From IMG/VR virus record IMGVR_UViG_3300037440_000380, positions 1 through 24,703 of that record: 24,703 nt of DNA; one strand, written 5' to 3'. Source of the DNA: a virus. Lineage: Duplodnaviria; Caudoviricetes. The notes under the pieces were generated by a model that saw only the letters and a list, made by a program, of their open reading frames with translations, was not told the DNA's origin and did not search any database. Numbering within the stretch: the stretch's first letter is position 1; every line of letters starts with the position of its first letter. Shown piece after piece: positions 1 to 8,702 of the stretch. A program made the translations under genes and the position numbers.

Positions 1-1
1 C

Positions 2-1078
2 GCCGCACGGGTGGCTGGACACCTGGCCTCCGACGACTGCGGTCCGTCGACCAGGCAGCTCGTCGGCGAGCTCCTCGAGGCGGTGGAGTTGCTCGCCGTC
101 GGGTGGCGGACCAGGCGGGACGTCGCCGTCGAACGCCTCGCCGCCGCCGCGGACGCCGCGGAGACGGCCGAGCTGCGCCACCGCGAGCTCGCGGCCGCCT
201 CGCCGGCGAAGGACGCCTGTGACCGACTGGCGGCCGAGGAACGCCGGCTGCTCGAGCGCGCGAATACGGCCGACTGCTCGGACGCCGCTCGGACCCGCGC
301 GGCCGGGAAGGCGCTCGCCGACTGGGAGGCGCTGGTCCGGCGTCAGGACCAGGTCCGCGCCGAGCTGAAGGCCGCCCGCGAGCGCTGGCAGGCCGCCAGG
401 GTGCGCCAGGACGACCTCTCGGCGCGTCTTGCGGCCATCCCCGTCCCAGACGTCACGGCGGCCGGGGAACGCCTGAGAGAGGCCACGGAGGCGCTCAGGA
501 CGGCCGAGGAGGCGGCCGGCGCGCTGAAGGCATACCGGGATGCCGTGGCGAGAGCCAAGAGTGAGCAGGTATCGGAGGCAGCCTGGAAGGCCGCTGAGGC
601 GGCCTCTAAGCGCGCGCGCGAGACTTACGTCGCCGACGTCGTGCGGCCGCTCGTCGACGACGTGGCGGCGCTGCTGGCGGCCGCGGGAAGGTCCGAGCGG
701 GTGTATCTCGAGCTCGAGAACGAGCGCGGCAAGCCGGTTTTCGATCTGGGGTGGGTTTCGGGGGACTCGCGGCGATCGCTCTCGGCGCTGTCGGGGGGCG
801 AGGCCGTGCTGTTCTGTGCGGCTCTGGCTGTGACGATCGCGCGGCGGTCTACCGGCAGAAAGGTGCTGCTGATCGAGGCGGATCCGCTCGACGAGGAGAA
901 CCTCGCGATGCTGCTCTCGGCGCTCAGTGCCATGGACGTCGATCTCGATGCCGTTCTCATCGCGACCTCGACAGAGGTTCCGTCCGGCCACAAGTTCGCC
1001 GAGTGGGTGGACCGGCCGGCGCGGTGGAAGGTGATTCGTTTCGAGAGAGAGGAGGCGAAGGCGCATGGCGACCTGTAA
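2..1078 (+). CDS. SbcC/Rad50/SMC-like ATPase, C-terminal part (5'-truncated by window)
   Basis: Frame open from window start; Ala/Arg/Glu-rich coiled coil then ABC signature LSALSGGE and Walker-B/D-loop-like VLLIEADPLD. Confidence 0.8.
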   Translation, partial: AARVAGHLASDDCGPSTRQLVGELLEAVELLAVGWRTRRDVAVERLAAAADAAETAELRHRELAAASPAKDACDRLAAEERRLLERANTADCSDAARTRAAGKALADWEALVRRQDQVRAELKAARERWQAARVRQDDLSARLAAIPVPDVTAAGERLREATEALRTAEEAAGALKAYRDAVARAKSEQVSEAAWKAAEAASKRARETYVADVVRPLVDDVAALLAAAGRSERVYLELENERGKPVFDLGWVSGDSRRSLSALSGGEAVLFCAALAVTIARRSTGRKVLLIEADPLDEENLAMLLSALSAMDVDLDAVLIATSTEVPSGHKFAEWVDRPARWKVIRFEREEAKAHGDL

Positions 1079-1286
1079 AGGCTGCGGCCGACAAATCATC
1101 TGGGCGCTCAACCCCGATACCGGGAAGCGCGTCCCGCTCGACGCGGTGGCGCCGGTCTACTTCCTCATCGAGCGCAGCCGCGAGGAAGGCGGCAACGAGT
1201 GCGTCCCCGCGCCGGCGCATACGTACGTGACGCACTTTGCGACGTGCTCGAAGGCGAACGAGTTCTCGGGGTCGAAGAAACGATGA
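1065..1286 (+). CDS. Small phage Zn-binding protein
   Basis: CKGC...GKRVPLD...THFATC pattern common in phage early regions; GGAGG upstream; ATGA overlap with next gene. Confidence 0.75.
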   Translation: MATCKGCGRQIIWALNPDTGKRVPLDAVAPVYFLIERSREEGGNECVPAPAHTYVTHFATCSKANEFSGSKKR

Positions 1287-1723
1287 CCTACTTCCTCGGC
1301 GTCGACCCTGGCGCGAGCGGCGGCGCGGCGCTCATCACCGAGAGCTACGAGGTGATCACGGTCGTGAAGTTCTCGGAGACCGAGCGGGACATCTCGGAAT
1401 GGTTTAGGACTCTGTTCACGGGCACGGAAATCCATGCCGTGATCGAGCGCGTCCATTCGATGCCCAAGCAGGGTGTCGCGTCGTCGTTCAAGTTCGGGAT
1501 GTCCTACGGGTTCCTGCGGGGGATGCTCATCGCGCACGCCATCCCGTTCGAGGCGGTGACGCCAGGGAAGTGGCAGAAGGCTCTGGGATGCCTGTCTCGC
1601 GGCGACAAGAACGTCACCAAGGCGAAGGCTCAGGAACTGTTTCCGGGCGTCAAGGTGACTCACCACGTCGCGGATGCACTGCTGCTCGCTGCGTACGCCT
1701 GCTCAAGGTGGAAGAGCCGATGA
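1283..1723 (+). CDS. RuvC-like Holliday junction resolvase
   Basis: YFLGVDPGASGGAA, AVIERV, SFKFGMSYG, W-K, ADALLLA motifs; start moved to ATG 1283 (ATGA overlap). Confidence 0.9.
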   Translation: MTYFLGVDPGASGGAALITESYEVITVVKFSETERDISEWFRTLFTGTEIHAVIERVHSMPKQGVASSFKFGMSYGFLRGMLIAHAIPFEAVTPGKWQKALGCLSRGDKNVTKAKAQELFPGVKVTHHVADALLLAAYACSRWKSR

Positions 1724-2707
1724 CGGTGAAGCTCTACCTCGGCGATTGTCTGCAGGTCCTCGGCCGCCTTGATCTGGAGTCGGTCCACTGCGTCGTCACG
1801 TCCCCGCCCTATTGGGGGCTGCGCGACTACGGCGTTCACGGACAGCTCGGGCTCGAGGCGACGCCGGAGGAGCACGTCGAGCGCATGGTGGAGGTCTTCC
1901 GCGCGGTGCGGCGGGTGATGCGGAAGGATGCGACGCTCTGGCTGAACTACGGGGACACGTACGCGAGCGGCGAAGTTGGACGACATGATAGTTTGCAATC
2001 GGCGGGATTGCTTCCTGGCAAGGCTGGCGTAAGAACAGGGATAGAAAAAGTCCAGAAGCAACGGCAGCAACGACCTCGTCCACGTGGCCTCAAGCCCAAG
2101 GACCTCGTCGGCATGCCATGGCGAGTCGCCTTCGCCCTCCAGGCCGACGGCTGGTATCTGCGAAGCGATATCATCTGGGCGAAGCCCAACCCCATGCCCG
2201 AGTCGGTGACGGACCGGCCGACGAAGAGCCACGAGCATCTCTTCCTGCTGGCGAAGTCCGAGCGCTACTACTACGCCGCGGACGCGGTGCGGGAGCCACA
2301 TGCCGAGAAGACGCTTACGCATCGCGGGCAAGGATCGTGTGGCAAGGCGTCATCTCAGGATTCCCTGGGGAAAGTCGCGTCCGGCAGTTGGAGCAAAACT
2401 GTTCGGATCGTTGATCCGCGAGGCTGCAACCTCCGCGATGTCTGGACCATCCCCACCGCGCCCTTCCCGGGCGCGCACTTCGCAACGTTCCCAACGAAGC
2501 TCGTCGAGCCATGCATCAAGGCGGGCTGCCCCGAAGGCGGGACGGTCTTGGACCCATTCGGTGGCGCCGGAACGGTCGGGCTGGTCGCCGACCGCCTCGG
2601 CCGGAATTGCGGTTCTCATCGAGCTGAACCCGGAGTATCTCGAGTTGGCTCGTTCACGGATTGCGAACGACGCGCCGCTCTTTGCCCAGGTGGATGTCAT
2701 CAGGTGA
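1720..2707 (+). pseudogene. Beta-class N4/N6 DNA methyltransferase with a +1 frameshift near the 3' end
   Basis: VVTSPPY (motif IV), IIWAKPNPMPESVTDRPT, HFATFP, DPFGGAGT (motif I). The conserved tail AVLIELNPEY..LARSRI is in the +1 frame; removing one T of AATT at 2607-2608 restores GRNAVLIELNPEY. Confidence 0.88.
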
Positions 2708-2839
2708 GCGAACAAGGACCCATGACTGACCGCGAACGTCTCGAGCGCCTGGAGGCGACGGGGAGGCGGCCGCGCCCGAACCAGGGCGTGTGGGACGGGC
2801 TCGAGAGGTGGAAGAGAAGCCCGAGGAGGAGGGGATTCG

Positions 2840-2850
<11 letters not shown>
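2704..2850 (+). CDS. Small hypothetical protein (48 aa)
   Basis: GTGA overlap with the restored MTase stop; fills the gap to the replication gene; no recognisable motif. Confidence 0.4.
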
Positions 2851-3406
<556 letters not shown>

Positions 3407-3426
3407 GTTTTTTTCAATCTCAGGAT

Positions 3427-3972
3427 ATGCTCGATTCGAAGGCGTTCTCGCGAAAGGTGCGATTCGTGTTGTTGCAGCTCAACGGTCCCGGTACTCAATC
3501 TGAGTCTCACGAGCTCGAAATCTGGGCTCTGCGGGCGCACGCGAATCGCGTCGGGAGAAATCCGCTTGCGCTCTTCGTCTGGATCCTCAATCAGCCTCGG
3601 CCGAAAAGACGTGGACTCGCTACGAGCGCCGACGAGGAGCAGGGGAGTCGCGATCGAAAGCAGGCGGTCTCCCGTCGGTCGAAGTACCGACGGTTTCTCG
3701 ACAGTCGGGAATGGTGGCTCATACGACGCCGGAGAATTCGCGAAGGAAAGTATCGCTGCGCGCATTGCGGCGAGCGACGACCTGCTCGGGACCTTGATGT
3801 GCACCATAAGAACTACAAGCTCCCATGGGGTAGAGAAAGGCTCGAGGATCTCGAAGTTCTTTGCACGACCTGTCACGGATCGAGGCACGGCAGATTGAAA
3901 CATTCAGCGAGGGGATGGTCGTGGGTGGGTGAATGCGTAGAAGAATTTTGGTTAGGGATGGAGAAACCATGA
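3427..3972 (+). CDS. HNH endonuclease
   Basis: Y..FL.S.EW..IR, CAHC, LDVHHKNY, E.LEDLEVLCTTCH; codon usage less GC-biased than flanks; start uncertain. Confidence 0.88.
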   Translation: MLDSKAFSRKVRFVLLQLNGPGTQSESHELEIWALRAHANRVGRNPLALFVWILNQPRPKRRGLATSADEEQGSRDRKQAVSRRSKYRRFLDSREWWLIRRRRIREGKYRCAHCGERRPARDLDVHHKNYKLPWGRERLEDLEVLCTTCHGSRHGRLKHSARGWSWVGECVEEFWLGMEKP

Positions 3973-4499
3973 ACACGTTCCCCTTCGTTCTCGTCCTCGT
4001 CGCCGCCGCCTTCGGCGCCCCGCTCGACGAAGGCCCGGCCATCCCCGACCCGATCGTCGTCGGCGCGTGGATGGCCGAGAAGGCTTTCGCCTTCGATTGG
4101 ACCGCCCGCAACATCGACGGCGGCGAATATTCCGGCGCCATCGGCTCGGCGATCCTGCGCTACAGGCTGCCGAGCGGAACGGCGATTGAATGGACCCTCT
4201 ACACCTACGATCCGCCGGTGAGCGCCGCGGGAACCCTCAAGGTCCCGTTCGCTGTCGCCTTCCGAGATCCGGTCGGGAATGTCGTCCCGCCCGGCGACTA
4301 CCTGGTCGACGTGAGCCTTCGGCCGTTCGGTTCCGGACCCGGGGAGAACTCACGGGACAGCCCCTACTCGAAACCGCTGCTCATCCGCGTCGTGCCGCAG
4401 CCAGCGGATCCACCGCCCGAGCCGGATCCACCGCCCGAGCCGGAACGTCCCGCGGCAGCGACGGCCCTCAGGATCGAGCAGCAGGAGTCCGCTCCGTAA
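3969..4499 (+). CDS. Putative exported beta-sandwich (FN3/Ig-like) protein with Pro-rich tail
   Basis: Hydrophobic N-terminus MNTFPFVLVLVAAAFG; F.W...GDY.V.V....SPYS pattern; ATGA overlap with HNH gene. Confidence 0.65.
   Translation: MNTFPFVLVLVAAAFGAPLDEGPAIPDPIVVGAWMAEKAFAFDWTARNIDGGEYSGAIGSAILRYRLPSGTAIEWTLYTYDPPVSAAGTLKVPFAVAFRDPVGNVVPPGDYLVDVSLRPFGSGPGENSRDSPYSKPLLIRVVPQPADPPPEPDPPPEPERPAAATALRIEQQESAP
4405..4444 (+). repeat. 18-bp tandem duplication (CGGATCCACCGCCCGAGC x2 + CGGA), encoding DPPPEP x2
   Basis: Directly visible. Confidence 0.95.
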
Positions 4500-4544
4500 G
4501 GAAGGGGGTGGTGTTGAGCATGTAGTGAATTCCTGGTGTGCATA

Positions 4545-4582
4545 GCCGCCCGGCAAGTGTCAATCCCGCTGCGCCGGGCGGC
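4545..4582. other. GC-rich inverted repeat/hairpin
   Basis: GCCGCCCGGC (4545-4554) and GCCGGGCGGC (4573-4582); no U-tract. Confidence 0.6.
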
Positions 4583-4639
4583 ATTACGCGAGAGGAGGAG
4601 CCGCGATGCGGCGGAGGAGGCGGCGACGCCGGAGGAGCC

Positions 4640-4972
4640 ATGAGCGAATCGCCTTGGACGCGCTGCGAGCTCGTATGGCAACAGTGGCGTGAGAATCTGT
4701 ACTTGGAGCCGAGCACAGCGGTGGAGCGCCGGATGCGCGCGGCGTTCTTCGCCGGCTGGCAGGCGGGCGCGAAGTACGCCTTCGAGGCCGGAAAAGGCAG
4801 CGCAGCGGATTGCCCGCACCCGATTCTGGACGGCGAGACGGAGCAGCACACGATTCCGTTCGCTGGCGGCACGGTGACGGACATGACCCGGGAGCGCGAG
4901 CTTGGACACGACCCGGACTGCCGCGGTTGCCCTGATTGCCGGGGCATAAAGGGGAAGGGGCCGGTGGAATGA
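4640..4972 (+). CDS. Hypothetical protein with C-terminal CxxCxxC
   Basis: GGAGGAG close upstream; MRAAFFAG motif seen in phage small proteins; ATGA coupling to next gene. Confidence 0.65.
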   Translation: MSESPWTRCELVWQQWRENLYLEPSTAVERRMRAAFFAGWQAGAKYAFEAGKGSAADCPHPILDGETEQHTIPFAGGTVTDMTRERELGHDPDCRGCPDCRGIKGKGPVE

Positions 4973-6108
4973 TACTCAAGCACCTCGGTTTCTTCCGCCT
5001 GCCAGCAGGAAAGATGCCGCACGACCCGGCGCTTCCCGAGCCGCTTCGCGCCTACGCGAAGTTCGGCTTCGGCGGACGCGCACTCTGTCTGTCCGGTGAC
5101 CGCAAGCACATCTGGCTCTCCGGCCATGACGTCGGCGACCTGGTGGCGCAGGTGCGCATCCCGGATAAGTTCGACGGCCGCACCGCGGAACAGACAGTCG
5201 CGTTTCACGAGATCATGCCGCGCCAGCAGCTCGCCGACGCGAAGCTCGATGCGCTTGTGGGCCTGGCCGTTCACGAGGGGAAGCTCTGGGCGTTGTGGAA
5301 TCAGTACTATGACCTCGACGGCACTGACGGCGATCGCGTCTCGCTCTGGGATGGCGAGCGGCTCGTCAAGATCGCGGACGGCCACATCAAAAAGACCAGC
5401 GGTTACCTCACGGCGTACAACGGGGATCTCTGGTGTGGGCGTTCCGATGGAGCGGGTAATCCTGAGGTGCATCACGGTCCAGCTCTCTACACTTTCTCGG
5501 TCCTAAGAAACTGGAATCACGACCGTCCCGACTGGACAGAAGCGGACAAGTACACCGCGCTGGCGTTCCTCCCGGGCTACGTGTGCTTTCTGGTGTCGAA
5601 GGCGGTGGGCCCCGTCTGGTACGGCCAGCACGACATGCCGGACAAGCTGCCGGAGTGGTTCGATCCGGCCGAGCACGGCTTCCCCGCCGAGCACTGGCGC
5701 AAGGCTTGGAAGGCGTCGGGGATCGTCGATCGGTGGCAGCAGTCGAAAGGGAACCACACGACGGCCCGCGAGGTCTGGCTGATGTGTTACACGTTCCCGC
5801 TGTTCCAGGAACAGCCGCCGATCGTCCTCACCGAGCTCCATGAGTCCAGTGACGTGGGCGGTATGGCGTTCGACGGCGTGACCGGCCGGCTCTACGTGTT
5901 CGAAGCGTACCCGCCGGACGAGACGACAGAGTCGGGCGCGTACCGAAAGGAACGCCCGCACATCCACGTCTACAGCCTCGAGGCGGGAGGCGCCAGCGAG
6001 CCGGAGCCAGAGCCGGAGCCCCCCACCAAGAAGGATGTGCTGCACATCAAGGCGTGGAATGAAGATGGGCAGGTCTTTGAGGGCGACATCATCGAAGTAG
6101 AAGATTGA
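4969..6108 (+). CDS. Beta-propeller-like protein, no signal peptide
   Basis: HLGFFRLP..FGFGGRAL..IWLSGHD..VAQVRIP and GGMAFDGVTGRLYV..PHIHVY blade-like motifs; PEPEPEP linker and short C-terminal tag; strong GC3 bias. Confidence 0.7.
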   Translation: MILKHLGFFRLPAGKMPHDPALPEPLRAYAKFGFGGRALCLSGDRKHIWLSGHDVGDLVAQVRIPDKFDGRTAEQTVAFHEIMPRQQLADAKLDALVGLAVHEGKLWALWNQYYDLDGTDGDRVSLWDGERLVKIADGHIKKTSGYLTAYNGDLWCGRSDGAGNPEVHHGPALYTFSVLRNWNHDRPDWTEADKYTALAFLPGYVCFLVSKAVGPVWYGQHDMPDKLPEWFDPAEHGFPAEHWRKAWKASGIVDRWQQSKGNHTTAREVWLMCYTFPLFQEQPPIVLTELHESSDVGGMAFDGVTGRLYVFEAYPPDETTESGAYRKERPHIHVYSLEAGGASEPEPEPEPPTKKDVLHIKAWNEDGQVFEGDIIEVED

Positions 6109-6122
6109 ACACAGGAGGAAGA

Positions 6123-6266
6123 ATGACGACATGCACCAAGTGCGGCGAGAACCCGGCGTTGGACAACGAGACGCAGACCTGTCAGGAATGCGAGGACAGG
6201 GCGTTCGACGCGCTTCTCGTTATGTTTGCACGAAATCTTGATCACCCGGAGGAGGCGCAGCCGTGA
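6123..6266 (+). CDS. 47-aa Zn-finger protein (not in the ORF track)
   Basis: MTTCTKCGENPALDNETQTCQECEDRAF...PEEAQP*; AGGAGG RBS; GTGA overlap with next gene. Confidence 0.75.
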   Translation: MTTCTKCGENPALDNETQTCQECEDRAFDALLVMFARNLDHPEEAQP

Positions 6267-6460
6267 TCACGATACGCGTCGAGGGCTCTGGCACTTCGCC
6301 CACGGTCCCCTGCCGGCACAAATGGCGGGAGGTCCCCGGGTCGCGACATCGAAGCTGGGGTTCGTGCGAAGTCCCGGAATACCTGCACGAAGTCGCCGAA
6401 TACTGGTGTGAGCGCTGCCACGAGCGGAAAGTCGAGGAGGTGTGCGAGAGGGTGGAATGA
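6263..6460 (+). CDS. Small Cys/His-rich hypothetical protein
   Basis: CRHKW...CERC; overlapped at both ends by coupled start/stop codons. Confidence 0.65.
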   Translation: MITIRVEGSGTSPTVPCRHKWREVPGSRHRSWGSCEVPEYLHEVAEYWCERCHERKVEEVCERVE

Positions 6461-6664
6461 CGAAACGTGCAGCTGAAAACTGGCTCATCAAAGATCGACG
6501 CGCACAAGCACGATGACGAGGTGGCGCACGCCATAGAGGATGAGATGCTCTGGGAGTACGTCGCGGACCGGGCAGAGGAGGGCGACGCGATCGCGAAGAT
6601 TCTGCTTGGCTCGCGAGACATCAACTTCGCGAGGTGGACGGGGTTTCGCCCGGAGGAGGAATGA
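6457..6664 (+). pseudogene. Small phage protein, apparent +1 frameshift at 6490-6492
   Basis: ATGA-coupled start gives MTKRAAENWLIK, then body IDAHKHDDEVAHAIED...DINFARW in the +1 frame; deleting one A joins them. Confidence 0.65.
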
Positions 6665-6994
6665 GCGACGCTTCGGATGTTGATAGCATATGGGCGCAGA
6701 TCCCCGACGTGCATTGCAAGGGGAAGTGCCAGGAGGCATGTGGGCCGGTGTGGTGTTCGCCGGCGGAGGAGCGGCGGATCAGATTATAATACAGCTATCA
6801 GTTTTAACCATTCGACGCTTACATGTTCGCTTCTCGCAAACGGACGTTGCTCGATCTATTCGAGCCGCCCTGCAATTTGCCGGCTCTGGGGCGCGGTGAA
6901 GAAGATGCGGTGCCCTTTCGGATGCCGACCGCGCAAGTGGATCTCCGACCAGAAGGCAGGGAGGCTCTTGAGGCGCCTGGATAGAATCTCATGA
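6661..6994 (+). pseudogene. YkgJ-like CxxxCxxxC cysteine-cluster (Zn/Fe-chelating) protein, +1 frameshift near 6781-6786
   Basis: 5' frame: IWAQIPDVHCKGKCQEACGPV..SPAEERRI, stop at 6787-6789; +1 frame: CSLL.NGRCSIYSSRPAICRLWG..CPFGC. Confidence 0.82.
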
Positions 6995-7333
6995 AGATCC
7001 GCGACGGCGGTCCCGACGCCGGCCGGTTGAATCTCTGGCGCAGGTACTTCGAGACTCGCGATGACGGGTCTCTCGAAAGGCTGCTGGCGGCCTACCGGCC
7101 ATATCTGCTGAAGGTCGTCCGGCGGCATGCCCGGACGCTTCCTCATAGCGTACGATTCCTTTGCGCGCCGGATTGCCGCGTGTCCGCCGCGCGAGATGGC
7201 GATTCTGAGGCAGTACTACGCTCGAGGACGCAGCCAGAAAGAGATTGGAGCCATCCTCGGACTTTCTCAGGCGCGGATATCCCAATTGCGCAAAGTGGCG
7301 ATTCGCCGCTGCTCACGGAGGCCTCGAGAATGA
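6991..7333 (+). pseudogene. Internally deleted FliA/WhiG(sigma28)-like sigma factor, +1 frameshift near 7150-7160
   Basis: LWRRYFETRD..SLERLLAAYRPYLLKVVRRHARTLPHSV (sigma N-terminus/region 2.1) then, in +1 frame, PPREMAILRQYY..GRSQKEIGAILGLSQARISQLRKVAI (region 4 HTH); regions 2.2-3 absent. Confidence 0.78.
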
Positions 7334-8199
7334 AGATTTTAGATGGGGGATCTGATTCTGGAAGATTGAATGTCGTGCTACTCGCGGAAGGTTACACCGA
7401 GGCCGAGCGCCCGTTTTTCGAGGCGCACGCGAAGCAGCTCGCCGCCGTCATCAAGAGCGAGCCCTGGTACCGCCACGGGCTGCTGAATCTGCACGCGTTC
7501 TTCGTGCCGTCGAAGCAGTCGGCGCGCTACCTGAAGCCGAAGGCCGGGCCGCTCAATACGGCGTTCAAGGCCGAGTACGGCCAGGGGGCGCGGGCGGGGC
7601 ACGTGATCTCGGGGGATGACGCAGCGGTGAAGCAACACCTGACCGGCGGCATCCCGGCAACTAACGAGCACATCATTATGCTCGTCAACTGCAGCCTCTA
7701 CGGCGGCAAGGGCGGCGGCGAAGGCGGCGGCATCTGTTGGACGTACACGGATCGCTGGAACCCGCAGCGCTGGACGGCGTGCGGGTTGCACGAATGGGGC
7801 CACGTGCTCGGGCTCGCCGACGAGTACGGGGGCTCCGGCAATGCGTATCGCTCCCAGGAACCGCGCGAACCCAACATCACGCTGGACCCGCGTGGCGCGA
7901 AATGGCGTCACCTCGTCCAGGGGGCGGTCGAGGGCGCCGCGGGCTACGAGTACGGCATCTACCGGCCGACCCGCGATTGCCGCATGCGCAGCTTTGCGGG
8001 CGGCTTCTGTCCGGTTTGCTCGGACCACATCCGCCGCGAGCTCGAGGGCTATCTGACGGAGGAGCCGGTGGAGCCCGCAGAGTTGGTGATCCAGACCGTC
8101 AGGCCGGATGGCGAGCGGTTCACTGAGGGCGTCTTCCCTGACGATTCCGCCGGCTGCATGGCGGCTGTGCAGTGGCTGCTGAAGAGGCAGTTCGGATGA
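7330..8199 (+). CDS. M64 family (IgA-peptidase-like) zinc metallopeptidase
   Basis: RLNVVLLAEGYTEAE, HEWGHVLGLADEY, EGAAGYEYGIYRP..DCRMRS...FCPVC; ATGA-coupled start at 7330; no signal peptide. Confidence 0.9.
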   Translation: MKILDGGSDSGRLNVVLLAEGYTEAERPFFEAHAKQLAAVIKSEPWYRHGLLNLHAFFVPSKQSARYLKPKAGPLNTAFKAEYGQGARAGHVISGDDAAVKQHLTGGIPATNEHIIMLVNCSLYGGKGGGEGGGICWTYTDRWNPQRWTACGLHEWGHVLGLADEYGGSGNAYRSQEPREPNITLDPRGAKWRHLVQGAVEGAAGYEYGIYRPTRDCRMRSFAGGFCPVCSDHIRRELEGYLTEEPVEPAELVIQTVRPDGERFTEGVFPDDSAGCMAAVQWLLKRQFG

Positions 8200-8702
8200 G
8201 AATCTTCGTCCTCTGCACCGGCCGATGCGGCAGCATGACCTTCGCCAAGGCATGCTCTCACATCACCAACTACACGAGCGCTCACGAGAGCGGCAGGTAC
8301 GTGGACTGGTCCTACCAGGACAATCACATCGAGGTCGACAACCGGCTTTCGTGGTTTCTGGGTACGCTGGCCGAGCGGTATCCAGACTCCATGTTCGTCC
8401 ATCTCTCGCGTAACCGCGACGCCGTCATCGAAAGTTTCACCAGGCGTCAACGTTGCGGGAGTCCGTTGCTGCACGCGTACAGAACTGGAATCTGCCAACG
8501 TCCATTCTCGAGCGATCGTGAAGCAGCAGCTCACTACGTCGAGACGGCTCTTAACAATATCGCTCTTCTGCGGATCGACATGACGATCAAGATCGACGCG
8601 CCTGAACGTTCGTTCAGGCAGTTCTGGTCGGAAATTGGCGCGGTTGGTAATCTCGAGGCAGCGCTTGCCGAGTTCGGTAAGCGATACAATCAGGGTGAAT
8701 GA
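8196..8702 (+). CDS. Sulfotransferase-like P-loop protein
   Basis: IFVLCTGRCGS (5'-PSB-like loop), AHE, FVHLSRN..AVIESF (3'-PB-like R..S). Confidence 0.7.
   Translation: MRIFVLCTGRCGSMTFAKACSHITNYTSAHESGRYVDWSYQDNHIEVDNRLSWFLGTLAERYPDSMFVHLSRNRDAVIESFTRRQRCGSPLLHAYRTGICQRPFSSDREAAAHYVETALNNIALLRIDMTIKIDAPERSFRQFWSEIGAVGNLEAALAEFGKRYNQGE

Noticed and set aside
4500-4640. tRNA or known ncRNA in the gap
   Set aside because: No cloverleaf, T-loop or CCA; only one hairpin.
6991-8199. 402-aa ORF as a single native sigma-peptidase fusion protein
   Set aside because: Its middle is the off-frame reading of sigma region 4, and the peptidase has its own coupled start at 7330; kept only as a possible by-product.
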